A DNA stretch of 64,000 bases from Gemmatimonadota bacterium (GCA_009840215.1 VXOC01000310.1:26831-90830); one strand, 5' to 3'; counted from the stretch's first letter, positions 1 through 8,898 are shown. Notes: generated from the letters alone by a model not told the origin. A program made the numbers and translations.

Positions 1-531
1 CAACTGGTTCATCCACAGGAGTCGTCCGTCGTCCGGCCGAAAGCGCGCTGACGGACCAAGTTGCCGCCATTGGTTGATCGCGGTGCCGATACTCCCGACG
101 CCGCCCATTCCAATCAGCCCTCCGACCCCGCCGCCCAGCGCCAGGCCACCGATGGTCGCGATGCCAACCGCGGTGCCCAGCACGATACTCCGCCGCCGCC
201 GCCGTCCGAACTGATCCCCGTACCGCCACGCCGCGAACTCGGGACGCAGCGGCTCGCCGATGCGCACCATTTCGAGGCCTTCGCTGTGCCGGGCCAGGCC
301 GATGTTCTCGGTGGACGTGCGCATCCGCGTCGCGCGGAAGAGTTCCTCACACGTCTCCACCGCCTCCCAGCGCTCTTCGAGGGGGGTGAGGTTCCAGCGC
401 TCGCATTTGCGGCACACCACCCACAGGCGGCCCCTGGCCGCGTCGAAGGCGAGACGTCGACCCACGGGGAACATCTCCACGACCTCGTTGCTGCCGAGGG
501 GCTTCTTGCAGAAAATGCATGTTGTGTACAC
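1..531 (-). CDS. hypothetical zinc-ribbon (CxxC...CxxC) protein with Gly-rich hydrophobic tail; C-terminus runs off the window
   Basis: Own translation from GTG at 529-531: VYTTCIFCKKPLGSNEVVEMFPVGRRLAFDAARGRLWVVCRKCERWNLTPLEERW... The frame is open to position 1 with G/C-rich third positions. It starts 22 nt after the upstream cupredoxin stop. It is absent from the ORF track because it has no stop inside the window. Confidence 0.55.
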   Translation of the reverse strand, partial: MYTTCIFCKKPLGSNEVVEMFPVGRRLAFDAARGRLWVVCRKCERWNLTPLEERWEAVETCEELFRATRMRTSTENIGLARHSEGLEMVRIGEPLRPEFAAWRYGDQFGRRRRRSIVLGTAVGIATIGGLALGGGVGGLIGMGGVGSIGTAINQWRQLGPSARFRPDDGRLLWMNQL

Positions 532-552
532 GGCTGCCGGTTCGCCGTCCCC

Positions 553-1134
553 CTAACCCCGCAGCCCGGAGTCCCCCGATTCGGAGACCTCGAACCCGAT
601 CCACATCCCCGTGACCGCATTGGCCGGGACGGCACATACGAGCGCGTACTCGCCGGCTTCAGAGGCGACGAAGGTGAAGCTCCCGGTTCCGCCGCCGGGC
701 GCCGTGGCCTCCGTCATCGACGTGGCGTTGGAGGTGATGGCGCCGTCGAAAACGGGCGTGGCTTCGTCGAAGACGAGCGGGTAGCTCGCGGCCTTTGCCA
801 GCACGCCGACGCTGTGATGGTGGACGGGATCCCGATTCTCGAAGTTGATCGTGACGGTGTATCCGACGGGCACGACGACCGTGGGCTCGCCGTGGGCGTA
901 GCCGTTGAAGTTCCAGCGGTTGTTCGCGTCGGTCTCGCCCGCGACGAGGGTGATGGTGACCGTGCGTGCCGCGTCGTCCACCGAGATCCAGTCCGCGGGA
1001 ATCGCGGCCGGGGCCGCTGCGTCCGCCTCCGTGGCGGGGTCGGGCGCCGATGCGGGTTGGTCGCCCTCTTCGCCGCCCCCGCATCCGAGGAGAGCGACAG
1101 CGCCCAGCGTCAGTATTGTTGACTTCTTCGGCAT
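553..1134 (-). CDS. cupredoxin-fold (sulfocyanin-like) lipoprotein
   Basis: 193-aa ORF with a signal peptide and lipobox (ALLGC). It has an HHHS ligand region and the C-terminal loop YALVCAVPANAVTGMW, which resembles the Cys..His..Met loop of type-1 copper proteins. The His position is Asn here. Confidence 0.75.
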   Translation of the reverse strand: MPKKSTILTLGAVALLGCGGGEEGDQPASAPDPATEADAAAPAAIPADWISVDDAARTVTITLVAGETDANNRWNFNGYAHGEPTVVVPVGYTVTINFENRDPVHHHSVGVLAKAASYPLVFDEATPVFDGAITSNATSMTEATAPGGGTGSFTFVASEAGEYALVCAVPANAVTGMWIGFEVSESGDSGLRG

Positions 1135-1192
1135 CCTGTTCCCCCTGAATCCTCCGGCCCGCTTCGTCCGAACCGGGTCGCAACGCGGGCTG

Positions 1193-3439
1193 CTATGGGT
1201 TGTCGCCCCCTGAGTGGCTGCCGGGGTCCCCGCGGAGCGCCTCCACGCGCCACGAGAACTCCTCGTCGAGCTTCAGCGCGGTGCCGATCGCCTCGAACCG
1301 CACGTAGCCATCCCGGTCGACGAACCACGTGGTCGGCCAGGCCGTTACGCCGGCCCGCTCGGTGTAGCCGGCGTCTATCAGCACCGTGAAGTCGTAGTTG
1401 TTCTTCGCGAGGAAGTCCTCGATGATCTCGTTCGTTTCGTCGTTGCTGATCGAGAGTACGTGCACATCCGGATCTTCCCGGTAGCGTTCGTCGAATTCCT
1501 GGTATTCTGGCAGCTCGACGATGCACGGTCCGCACCACGTCCCCCAGAAGTGCAGCACCGCGATCTTGCCCTCGAGGTCCGCCGAGTTGACGATCTCGCC
1601 GTCCAGCCGCGCGAGTTCGAACGCCCTGTACGTCTCCGCGTCCTCCACTCGTGACTCCATGATGCGCTCGTGCCGCCGGGTCCGGTCCCGCTCGTCGAGC
1701 GTCGCAAGATATTCCTCGATCCCATCGCGGCTCCCGTTGCGGCGCTCGTACAGCGCTTCCAGAGCGGTCTCGTTGGGATTCTCGCCCCGGCTGGCTCCGA
1801 ATCCGGCGATGTAGGAGTCCTCGGCCCGGTCCAGCCACTCGGTCTCGGCCTCGGCGTCGCTCTCCTCCTCGGCGGCCAACCGCTCATAGACCTGCCCCAG
1901 GTGATACCGGACATCGCGGTTGCCCTCGGCCAGCGCCAGCGCCCGCTCGAGCGTGTGACGCGCGTCTTCCGCGTCGCCGGCCTTGAAGTGGGCCCAGCCG
2001 ATCACGTCGTAGATGCTGCCGAGGCGGTACCGGAGCGACTGGTCGAACTCTCCTTCCGTATCGTAGAAGCTGCGCATCTCCTTCATGTACTCATAGACAT
2101 GGGGTACGCCCGCACGTGCGATGTCCGCTGCTTCCAACGCGTACGGCGTGTGTTCGATCATGGCCAGCGGGGCATCCCCGAAGGTGATGTGGGGATTCAG
2201 ACGTTCGTGCTCCGCCATCCCCCGGATGGCCTCCGCCAGCTCCTCGGCCGGGACGGGGTCCATTGCCCTGAGCGCGGAGAAGAGGTTGAGGTAGGCACCA
2301 CCCTTGTAGGTGTCGTTGTAGAGCGGCTTGGCCAGGTATTCGTGGACGGCGTCCCGTACGACTACGAGCTGCGCGTGGTATTCGGGTGAGTCCTCGCCGT
2401 GTTCTTCATAGAGCTCGTAGAGCTTGTCCCTTGTCGCTCGCATTCTGGTAAGGTATACCGACGATGCGTGATAGCTGGCAGGGTCCAGCGCTACGATTTG
2501 GGCGTCGAGTTCGGCCGCGCGCTCCTCATCCTCCATCTGCCGGTACAGGGTGGCCATGCTCTGCAGGCCTTCCACGGTCTCGGGGCTCGCTTTGCGGTAT
2601 GCCGCCATGCTGGCTTCGATGGCTGGACGCCGCTCCTCTCGGGGAAGGAGTTCCGACATCCACAGACCCCGCCAGTGCTGCCCCCGCACCTCCGCCGACC
2701 CCGGCGCGAGTTCGAGAGCGGCCTCCATGAGAGAGGTCCAGTCGTCCATGCGGCGGTCGTTGTATGCTTCGTTCGCGAGCCTCGTGTATCCCAGAACATG
2801 GTCCGGGAACCGCTCCTTGTACTCCGCCCACGTTGCCCGCATCGAATCCGCCCACGACGGATCCTCCAACTCATAGCGGGCCACGTCCTCGATCTCGGCC
2901 TCCATGCGCAGCACCTCCGGCCATCCGCGGGCCTCGTCGTCGAGCGATGCGAGGAATTCGCGCGCCGCCTCGAAATCGACCCGCACCAGCGCCCGGAGGT
3001 AGAGGAAGGCGAACTCCGGCTGCGGCGACGCCTCCCACGCGTCGCGGACCGTTTCGAACGCGAGTTCCGCGTCACGGTCGGCGAAGTGCGCGTAGGCCCT
3101 GGTGTAGAGCCCCCACGGATCGTCGGGATCGTCGGCGAGGATCGCGTCGGCCTGCTCGTGGACCTCCTTCGAGAAGCCCCAGCCCACGAGCTGGTACGCG
3201 TAGAGGGCGCGGAGTTCCGAGTCGTGCGGTGCGCGCGCGACCCACTCGTCGCCCAACAGCTTGCCGGCTTCGTAGGTCCGGAGCCGGCGGTGGTCCCGAA
3301 GCTCGGCCTTCGCGGCCGCCAGTTCCTCGGGAGTGTAGCCGGTCGGCGGGCCACCACTCTCGCACGCGCCAAGGACCAGGAGAATCCCAACGAGCAGTAG
3401 TCCGGCTCTCTGGGGGGATCGACGGGAACGCTTCTTCAT
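1193..3439 (-). CDS. TPR-repeat lipoprotein with C-terminal TlpA-like thioredoxin domain
   Basis: From ORF 1193..3496. I place the start at the internal ATG (3437-3439), giving MKKRSRRSPQRAGLLLVGILLVLGAC (lipobox). There is a long helical TPR-like body. The C-terminus carries the FWGTWCGPC thiol:disulfide oxidoreductase motif. Confidence 0.85.
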   Translation of the reverse strand: MKKRSRRSPQRAGLLLVGILLVLGACESGGPPTGYTPEELAAAKAELRDHRRLRTYEAGKLLGDEWVARAPHDSELRALYAYQLVGWGFSKEVHEQADAILADDPDDPWGLYTRAYAHFADRDAELAFETVRDAWEASPQPEFAFLYLRALVRVDFEAAREFLASLDDEARGWPEVLRMEAEIEDVARYELEDPSWADSMRATWAEYKERFPDHVLGYTRLANEAYNDRRMDDWTSLMEAALELAPGSAEVRGQHWRGLWMSELLPREERRPAIEASMAAYRKASPETVEGLQSMATLYRQMEDEERAAELDAQIVALDPASYHASSVYLTRMRATRDKLYELYEEHGEDSPEYHAQLVVVRDAVHEYLAKPLYNDTYKGGAYLNLFSALRAMDPVPAEELAEAIRGMAEHERLNPHITFGDAPLAMIEHTPYALEAADIARAGVPHVYEYMKEMRSFYDTEGEFDQSLRYRLGSIYDVIGWAHFKAGDAEDARHTLERALALAEGNRDVRYHLGQVYERLAAEEESDAEAETEWLDRAEDSYIAGFGASRGENPNETALEALYERRNGSRDGIEEYLATLDERDRTRRHERIMESRVEDAETYRAFELARLDGEIVNSADLEGKIAVLHFWGTWCGPCIVELPEYQEFDERYREDPDVHVLSISNDETNEIIEDFLAKNNYDFTVLIDAGYTERAGVTAWPTTWFVDRDGYVRFEAIGTALKLDEEFSWRVEALRGDPGSHSGGDNP

Positions 3440-3516
3440 CGCGCACCTCCACGGCAGGGGACGGCTTGGCCACTCAACCTGTTCGGACGGTGGCAACTAT
3501 GGCAAGGGATGCCTGT

Positions 3517-4752
3517 TCAGTATTCCCGCCCCGCGCCGGCCACAATCCGATATCGATGGATCTCCTCGCGGTCGAGCGCGTCGCGCACGACACCGATGAC
3601 CCAGTCCGGTCCCCAACGCTTCACGTCGAGACCGGCCGGGAGTTCGATCGCCTGGACGGCCCCGTCCGGACCCACGGTGATCCACACTCGCGGCGACACC
3701 GTGTCCAGCTTGAACTCGCTGACGGCGACACCACCCTCGGTCGTGGGCCGGATCGCGCCGAACGCCGGGGTCGTCGTGTGCCGGGCGATTTCACGCTGGT
3801 CCCGCTTCAGGTCCTCCAGGGCGGGGACCTGATCGGCATACCGATACCTCTCGCCGATGTACGCCTCGAGGAGTTCGTCGGTCACCACCGCACGACTGGC
3901 GGAAGACCGGACAATCATGCTGAGGACGCCTCCGGCGGAGTACTTGCGCATCTGCCACCGGTCGTCGTCGGCAATCCAGACGCCATCGTGCGCGGACGCG
4001 ACGTGGAGGCGCCGGCCGAACGGAGGCTGGGTGATCTGCAACTGCCCGTCCTGGCTGAAGAGGGCGAGTTCTTCGCCGGGCCAGGTCCCCACCATTTGCA
4101 TGGAGTCGCCGGCAGGCGCAGTCGCGACTATCTCGACCGCGGGGCGCGCGGTGCCTTCCACGGCGGCGGGCCGGTCGAAGTACCCGGCGACCACGGAGCC
4201 GTTCGCGAGCAGGCCCAGGGGTCTCGGGGGAACGGGACGGGAGGCCCGGTCGACAGCACTCGCGGTTGCGAGGCCTCGTGCGAATCCCCCCTCGGAATCG
4301 AAGATGGTGACGCGTCGCAAGCGCCCGTCACCCGCCGCGAGGGAATCCGGGGGCAGGGAGGCCAGCCACTCGAGGCTCCGAAACTCCCCCGGCGCGTCCC
4401 CCGTCCCGCCCCACGTGGCGATGTGCTCTCCGGCGGCGTCGAACACCAGGATGTCGTTTCCGCTTCCGTTGGCCACTGCGACGCGGCCGCGGGGCAGCAC
4501 TTCCACATCCCGAATATCGGAGAACACGGTGGCGCCGTCGTCCTCGCTGCTCCGAATGACCAGGTCGGGCTCGTCGGCCAAGGCGCGGTTTTCCGCCGAT
4601 TCCAGCGGCACGGGACCGAGATCGACGACTCGCACGCCGGCGCTGTCGAAGACGGTGACGGTTGGGGAGGAGGGTGGGGACTCGCAGGCCGCGGCGACAA
4701 GCGTGAAGAGGAGGGCCAGCGTGGGGATCGTTTCGGTCGACTTGCTGTTCAC
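3517..4752 (-). CDS. hypothetical lipoprotein, beta-propeller-like
   Basis: 411-aa ORF with a GTG start and lipobox LVAAAC. Repetitive beta-rich segments (..VFDAAGEHIATWGG.., ..IFDSEGGF..) suggest a 6-bladed-propeller-type family. Confidence 0.7.
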   Translation of the reverse strand: MNSKSTETIPTLALLFTLVAAACESPPSSPTVTVFDSAGVRVVDLGPVPLESAENRALADEPDLVIRSSEDDGATVFSDIRDVEVLPRGRVAVANGSGNDILVFDAAGEHIATWGGTGDAPGEFRSLEWLASLPPDSLAAGDGRLRRVTIFDSEGGFARGLATASAVDRASRPVPPRPLGLLANGSVVAGYFDRPAAVEGTARPAVEIVATAPAGDSMQMVGTWPGEELALFSQDGQLQITQPPFGRRLHVASAHDGVWIADDDRWQMRKYSAGGVLSMIVRSSASRAVVTDELLEAYIGERYRYADQVPALEDLKRDQREIARHTTTPAFGAIRPTTEGGVAVSEFKLDTVSPRVWITVGPDGAVQAIELPAGLDVKRWGPDWVIGVVRDALDREEIHRYRIVAGAGREY

Positions 4753-5003
4753 GATTCGGTGTCTGATTGGGCGGATGGGTGCTCTTCCGAGGATGAACCG
4801 GTACCGGATTCAGGCCTCGCAAATTGAGATGGCCACTCATGGCCGACCGTTGCCTCCCGGCCACTCGGCTGCCAGTACACCGATCAGTCCCGCCGGACTC
4901 CGTTGCGCCCGAGACGCCCGATCGCCTAACGTAGGACACGATGCCCTTCGACCCTGCTCGCGCAGCACAGGAGATACCATGTCCACGTTCGTGATGGTTC
5001 GTC

Positions 5004-5795
5004 GTGTCCAGGTACCGGACACCCAGGCGTGCGGACCTCTCACAGCACTTCCTGCGGAGCAGGTCGCTTGCGGCTAGCCTGATCGCTCAGGCCCCCGTCA
5101 CACCAAACGATCTGGTCGTCGAGATCGGGCCGGGCCGCGGCATTCTCACGCGGGAACTGGCGCGCCGATGCCGCGAGGTCGTCGCGGTGGAACTCGACGG
5201 GACGCTCGCCGAGGCGCTTCGCACGCGCTTCCTGAGCGACGACCGCGTCACGATCGTCACCTCCGACTTTTTTCGCTTCCGGCTGCCCGAAGTCCCCTAC
5301 AAGGTTCTGGGGAACATTCCCTTCAACCGGACCGCCGCCATCGTCCGGCGGCTCGCCCAGGACGATTCTCCACCGCAGGACGCCTATCTCGTGGTCCAGC
5401 GTGAAGCGGCCGAACGGTTTGCCGGCAGTCCCTTTTCCCGGGAGACCCTGCCCTCGCTGCTGCTCAAGCCGTGGTGGCAGATCGAGATCGCGCGGCGGTT
5501 TCGCCGTACCGACTTCGATCCCCCTCCCGGCGTCGACGTCGTCGCGCTCTGGCTCGCCCGCCGAACCAGACCGCTTGTGGACCGATTTCAGGCCGCGGAC
5601 TACCGGCGCTTCATCCGGAGTTGCTTCGGTCGCGACGGACGCTCGATCCGGCGGTGTCTGCGATCCGGAATCACGGGAACGCAAATCCATCGGCTGAGTC
5701 GGGATCTCAGGTTCGATCCTTCCGGGCCGCCAAGCGGACTGACCTTCGACCAGTGGCTCGCGTTGTTCAGGTTCTGGAGGCTGATGCGACCGTAA
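5004..5795 (+). CDS. erm: Erm-family 23S rRNA (adenine-N6)-methyltransferase
   Basis: SQHFL (SQNFL-type) motif, SAM site VVEIGPGRGILT, catalytic YKVLGNIPFN, and an Erm-type C-terminus ..LTFDQWLALF. The frame opens at 4995, so the GTG at 5004 is the first possible start. Confidence 0.85.
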   Translation: MSRYRTPRRADLSQHFLRSRSLAASLIAQAPVTPNDLVVEIGPGRGILTRELARRCREVVAVELDGTLAEALRTRFLSDDRVTIVTSDFFRFRLPEVPYKVLGNIPFNRTAAIVRRLAQDDSPPQDAYLVVQREAAERFAGSPFSRETLPSLLLKPWWQIEIARRFRRTDFDPPPGVDVVALWLARRTRPLVDRFQAADYRRFIRSCFGRDGRSIRRCLRSGITGTQIHRLSRDLRFDPSGPPSGLTFDQWLALFRFWRLMRP

Positions 5796-5875
5796 GCGCC
5801 GATGGCGCATCGGCATACCAGCCGCCCAACTGGCCAGCGGCGTCACCCGGTACTTCTCGGACCGCACAGGCGTCC

Positions 5876-5902
5876 TTGACAGTCCACTTTCCGCAACAAC
5901 AT
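5876..5902 (+). promoter_or_regulatory. candidate promoter TTGACA-N15-CAACAT upstream of the DUF2236 gene
   Basis: TTGACA at 5876-5881 and CAACAT at 5897-5902. This is the same -35/15 nt/-10 spacing seen at several other intergenic sites in this window. Confidence 0.3.
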
Positions 5903-6017
5903 TGATTCATGCGATGGAGGTCGACGGGATGAAGCGCGCAGAGACAACCACGGCCCGAGGGCCGGACAGGGGACGGGCGGCGGACGTGTTCGCCGGACGG
6001 TCCCCGCGCGCCCACCT

Positions 6018-7187
6018 GTGAAGATCCCCAGCGCCTACGCGGCAGGATATGAAGCGGCCCGGGCCCGCGATCCCCAGCTGGCGGAAGCATACATCCGCCA
6101 TACGACTGTCGGCGATCCCCTCGCGGACGCCGTGATCCGCGATCTGGGATCCCTGTCTCCGGACGAGATCCACGACACCCTGGCCAAGGCGCTGGAGGGT
6201 CCGGAAACGTCGCGCGACGGCGTCCCCGATTCCCTCCTGGCCTTCGTCGAGGAAGCCAACCGGATCCCGGACTGGTTCGACAGAGGGCGTGCGCGAGTCG
6301 CTTCCCAGGCCTTTCTCCGCAACTCGGACATCGTCCTCGCGGCGCTCGTGGGCGGCAGTATCGTGGAGGGGTTTTCGACGTTGATCAGCAAGTCGTTTCG
6401 GATCCGGGGGCGGCTCGTCGTTGCGGCCATACGCCGTCTCAAGCACAACGGCATGCAGCTGGTCGAGCAGTATCTCCCGGGCGGGATGGAGCCCGGAGGG
6501 GACGGATGGAGGCTGACGCTCCGGGCCCGGCTGGTGCATGCCCAGTCGAGGCATCTTCTCGACGGCTCCGACGAGTGGGACCAGGAGCGGTACGGCACGC
6601 CCCTCAGCGCGGCACACATACTGTTGGCCGGGTCCGCCTTCTCGGGCCGCCTGATGGGTCACGTCGCCGCACTGGGGGGCGACTTCACGCGCGACGAGCG
6701 CGAAGCCTTCGTCCACGTCTGGCGCTACGCCGGGATTCTGTTCGGCATCCCCGAGGAGATTCTCTTCCACGACGAGGCCTCGGCGGTCCGAACCTTCGAG
6801 ATCGGCAGGATGTGCGAGCCTCCCACCGACCACGACGGGATCATCATGGCCAACAGCGTGGTGAACAGCGCGCCCATCATCGTCGGCGTCAAGGCACCCG
6901 CGGAGCGCCGCAAGATGGCCCGCACGGTGACGCAGGTCTCCCGGGAGCTGATCGGCGACGAGCTGGCGGATTCGCTCAGGTTCCCGCGGCGGAGGCGGAG
7001 GGTGGTACCGTGGCTGCGGTTCAGGCACCGCGCCCGGCGCATCGTCGGCAGGATGCTTCCCGGCCTGACGGCAAGGCAGAACCAGGATCGATTCGAGGCC
7101 TTGATGGAGTTTGCCAGCTTCGACGAGTTCGAGCACTCCTACAAGTTGCCGACGGCGCTGCATGATGAGCGGTCGTCGGATTGGTAG
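6018..7187 (+). CDS. DUF2236 / MpaB-like oxygenase family protein
   Basis: 389-aa ORF with coding-type composition. The N-terminal ..GDPLADAVIRDL.. and central ..RLVHAQSRH.. pattern is typical of the ER-bound oxygenase MpaB/DUF2236 family. The family call is from memory. Confidence 0.6.
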   Translation: MKIPSAYAAGYEAARARDPQLAEAYIRHTTVGDPLADAVIRDLGSLSPDEIHDTLAKALEGPETSRDGVPDSLLAFVEEANRIPDWFDRGRARVASQAFLRNSDIVLAALVGGSIVEGFSTLISKSFRIRGRLVVAAIRRLKHNGMQLVEQYLPGGMEPGGDGWRLTLRARLVHAQSRHLLDGSDEWDQERYGTPLSAAHILLAGSAFSGRLMGHVAALGGDFTRDEREAFVHVWRYAGILFGIPEEILFHDEASAVRTFEIGRMCEPPTDHDGIIMANSVVNSAPIIVGVKAPAERRKMARTVTQVSRELIGDELADSLRFPRRRRRVVPWLRFRHRARRIVGRMLPGLTARQNQDRFEALMEFASFDEFEHSYKLPTALHDERSSDW

Positions 7188-7217
7188 GGGGGATGGAGTG
7201 GGGTCGGCGCTACCCGA

Positions 7218-7443
7218 AGGAGGGCCAGTGAACGAGAACGACGGATCGAAGGCCCGGGGGGTTGACCCCGACACCGTTCCCGACCTCTCGAGGGACGGAT
7301 GGCCGGAGAAGGGGCGTCATGGAAATCGGTGCCCCTGCCGTACCCGTCCAGACACCGACATCTCCATGGCATCAGGCGAGGCCCCGCCCAAGAAGGAGCT
7401 CAGCCCTCCTGTGCCCCGCGGGCCACCGTCCGCAACGTCCTGA
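7218..7443 (+). pseudogene. brnA antitoxin relic (only the brnT-3-prime/brnA-5-prime junction is retained)
   Basis: 7218-7312 aligns at roughly 85 percent identity with 8205-8299, the brnT end and brnA start. It encodes VNENDGSKARGVDPDTVPDLSRDGWPEK versus MKENDGSTARGFDPDTAPDLSKDGWPEK. After that the frame diverges and lacks the RHH domain. Confidence 0.55.
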
Positions 7444-7600
7444 GCACCCCGTCAAACGACTCGCGGGCCTCGGGGTCGAGGCGCTCGCGCTGCCGGCGCA
7501 CGAGTGCCACTCCCCACCGCCCGATCTTGTAGCCCGGATAGCAGAGCCCGGCACCGATGGCGACGAGCGTGATGCCGAACCAAAGCTTGAGTGACTTCAT
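7400..7600 (-). CDS. small hypothetical membrane protein (66 aa, one N-terminal TM helix)
   Basis: MKSLKLWFGITLVAIGAGLCYPGY... Nearly all third positions are G/C, as in real genes here. No homology claim is made. Confidence 0.45.
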   Translation of the reverse strand: MKSLKLWFGITLVAIGAGLCYPGYKIGRWGVALVRRQRERLDPEARESFDGVLRTLRTVARGAQEG

Positions 7601-7631
7601 CCTTGTCTACCCGTTCGTTGAAGTTGGTCAC

Positions 7632-7679
7632 CTCCAATCGGGGCGGCCGGATTCGAACCGGCGACCTCCTGCTCCCAAA
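7632..7679. repeat. att-type direct repeat: duplicated 3-prime part of tRNA-Pro
   Basis: The 48 nt ctccaatcggggcggccggattcgaaccggcgacctcctgctcccaaa are identical to 11608-11655. That covers the last 42 nt of the tRNA plus 6 nt of flank. Confidence 0.9.
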
Positions 7680-7952
7680 TCGATCAAAACGGGACGCGAA
7701 TCCCGGCAAGGAATCTCATAAGTCTAACTGGGACTGCACGATCTGCGCTTCTTGCCGTTGGGGTATGTCTTGGTCTGCCGGACCGAAAAAGCCGGAAAAC
7801 CGGGTCAAATGGAGGGCATTTGGCGGGGAGCGGGATCGCGACATGGCATCCGTCGTTTGGCTTGGCAATTGCCGCCTCAGCGTGTGTCTGCACCGACGAT
7901 CCACACCACCGTTTGGACGGGTTGGAAAATCCTCAGCGACCGGGGACGGTCC

Positions 7953-7979
7953 TTGACAGCCCAATTCCTGTAGTAACAT
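7953..7979 (+). promoter_or_regulatory. candidate brnTA promoter TTGACA-N15-TAACAT
   Basis: TTGACA at 7953-7958 and TAACAT at 7974-7979. The brnT ATG is at 7985, so the transcript would be leaderless or nearly so. Confidence 0.35.
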
Positions 7980-7984
7980 TAATC

Positions 7985-8254
7985 ATGCGGATCGAGTTCG
8001 ACGAGGCGAAGCACGCGGCGACGCTCAGGGCCCGAGGGCTGGACTTGGCCCGCGCGGATGAGGTGTTCGCCGACGCCACGCTAACCGTCGAGGACGACCG
8101 GCAGGACTACGGCGAGGTTCGCTACATCACCATCGGCTTTCTGGACGAAGCGATGGTGGCCCTCGTCTGGACACGCCGCGACGACGCACACAGGATCATC
8201 AGCATGAGGAGGGCCAATGAAAGAGAACGACGGCTCTACGGCCCGAGGTTTTGA
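7985..8254 (+). CDS. brnT: BrnT-family (DUF497) ribonuclease toxin
   Basis: Internal ATG of ORF 7820..8254. MRIEFDEAKHAATLRARGLDLARADEVF...HRIISMRRANERERRLY matches the BrnT pattern (FEWDE..K...N..KHG...IRIISAR.A). Confidence 0.85.
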   Translation: MRIEFDEAKHAATLRARGLDLARADEVFADATLTVEDDRQDYGEVRYITIGFLDEAMVALVWTRRDDAHRIISMRRANERERRLYGPRF

Positions 8255-8474
8255 CCCCGACACCGCACCCGATCTCTCGAAGGACGGCTGGCCCGAGAAG
8301 TTCGCCAAGGCGCCTGTACGCCGGGGCCGTCCCCCAAAGGCGCGGCCGAAGGTATCGACCACGATCCGGTTGTCCCAAGGGGTCATCGACCATTTTCGCG
8401 CCGGGGGCCGGGGCTGGCAAACGCGGATCGACCACGCCCTGCGGGACTGGATCAAGCAGCACGACGGTGCCTGA
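8217..8474 (+). CDS. brnA: BrnA-family antitoxin (RHH/CopG-like)
   Basis: ..KVSTTIRLSQGVIDHFRAGGRGWQTRIDHALRDWIKQH is the typical BrnA C-terminus. The gene overlaps the 3-prime end of brnT. Confidence 0.85.
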   Translation: MKENDGSTARGFDPDTAPDLSKDGWPEKFAKAPVRRGRPPKARPKVSTTIRLSQGVIDHFRAGGRGWQTRIDHALRDWIKQHDGA

Positions 8475-8898
8475 CGGTGCCTGACGTTTGGGAGGGTCGA
8501 TACGGGCAACCTATGCTGCCCAAAGCCGCGCTTCGCGTGGGTACCGGAGGGCAGGCTGACCTGACCGACTAGCCTCGCTTTGTCCCACCCCGTCGTCGCC
8601 CGAGCCGCGTTGTGGCGCGCGAGGCCCGCGCCTCGAACCACAGTCGTGAAGCTGGCATTCGAGTTCTTGGCGTTAGCGGCGACGCAATCCCGGCCTCCAG
8701 GCTTCTGCGATGCACACGGAGGGACATCGGCGACCTTCGCCCCCCTGCCAGTCGAAACCAATCGTGGTTGGGATCCGGATGCCTTCCTCGGTAGAAGCGT
8801 GACACCCGGCAAAACGATCGAACACGTCACCGTCGTCGGCAATACGGCAGCGAGTATTCTGTTCGAGTCGAGATCGGTTCGGTGAGGTTCCGACACGC

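Noticed and set aside
61-1122. 353-aa plus-strand ORF at the window start, and similar long ORFs such as 2764..4827 (+), 19735..21399 (+), 23145..25400 (+), 33478..35484 (+), 45445..48216 (-), 58310..60493 (+) and 5907..7274 (-).
   Set aside because: These are shadow ORFs typical of GC-rich DNA. Their composition is Arg/Pro/Gly/Ala-dominated and they carry no recognisable motifs. Each lies antisense to, or out of frame with, a gene that has clear family motifs.
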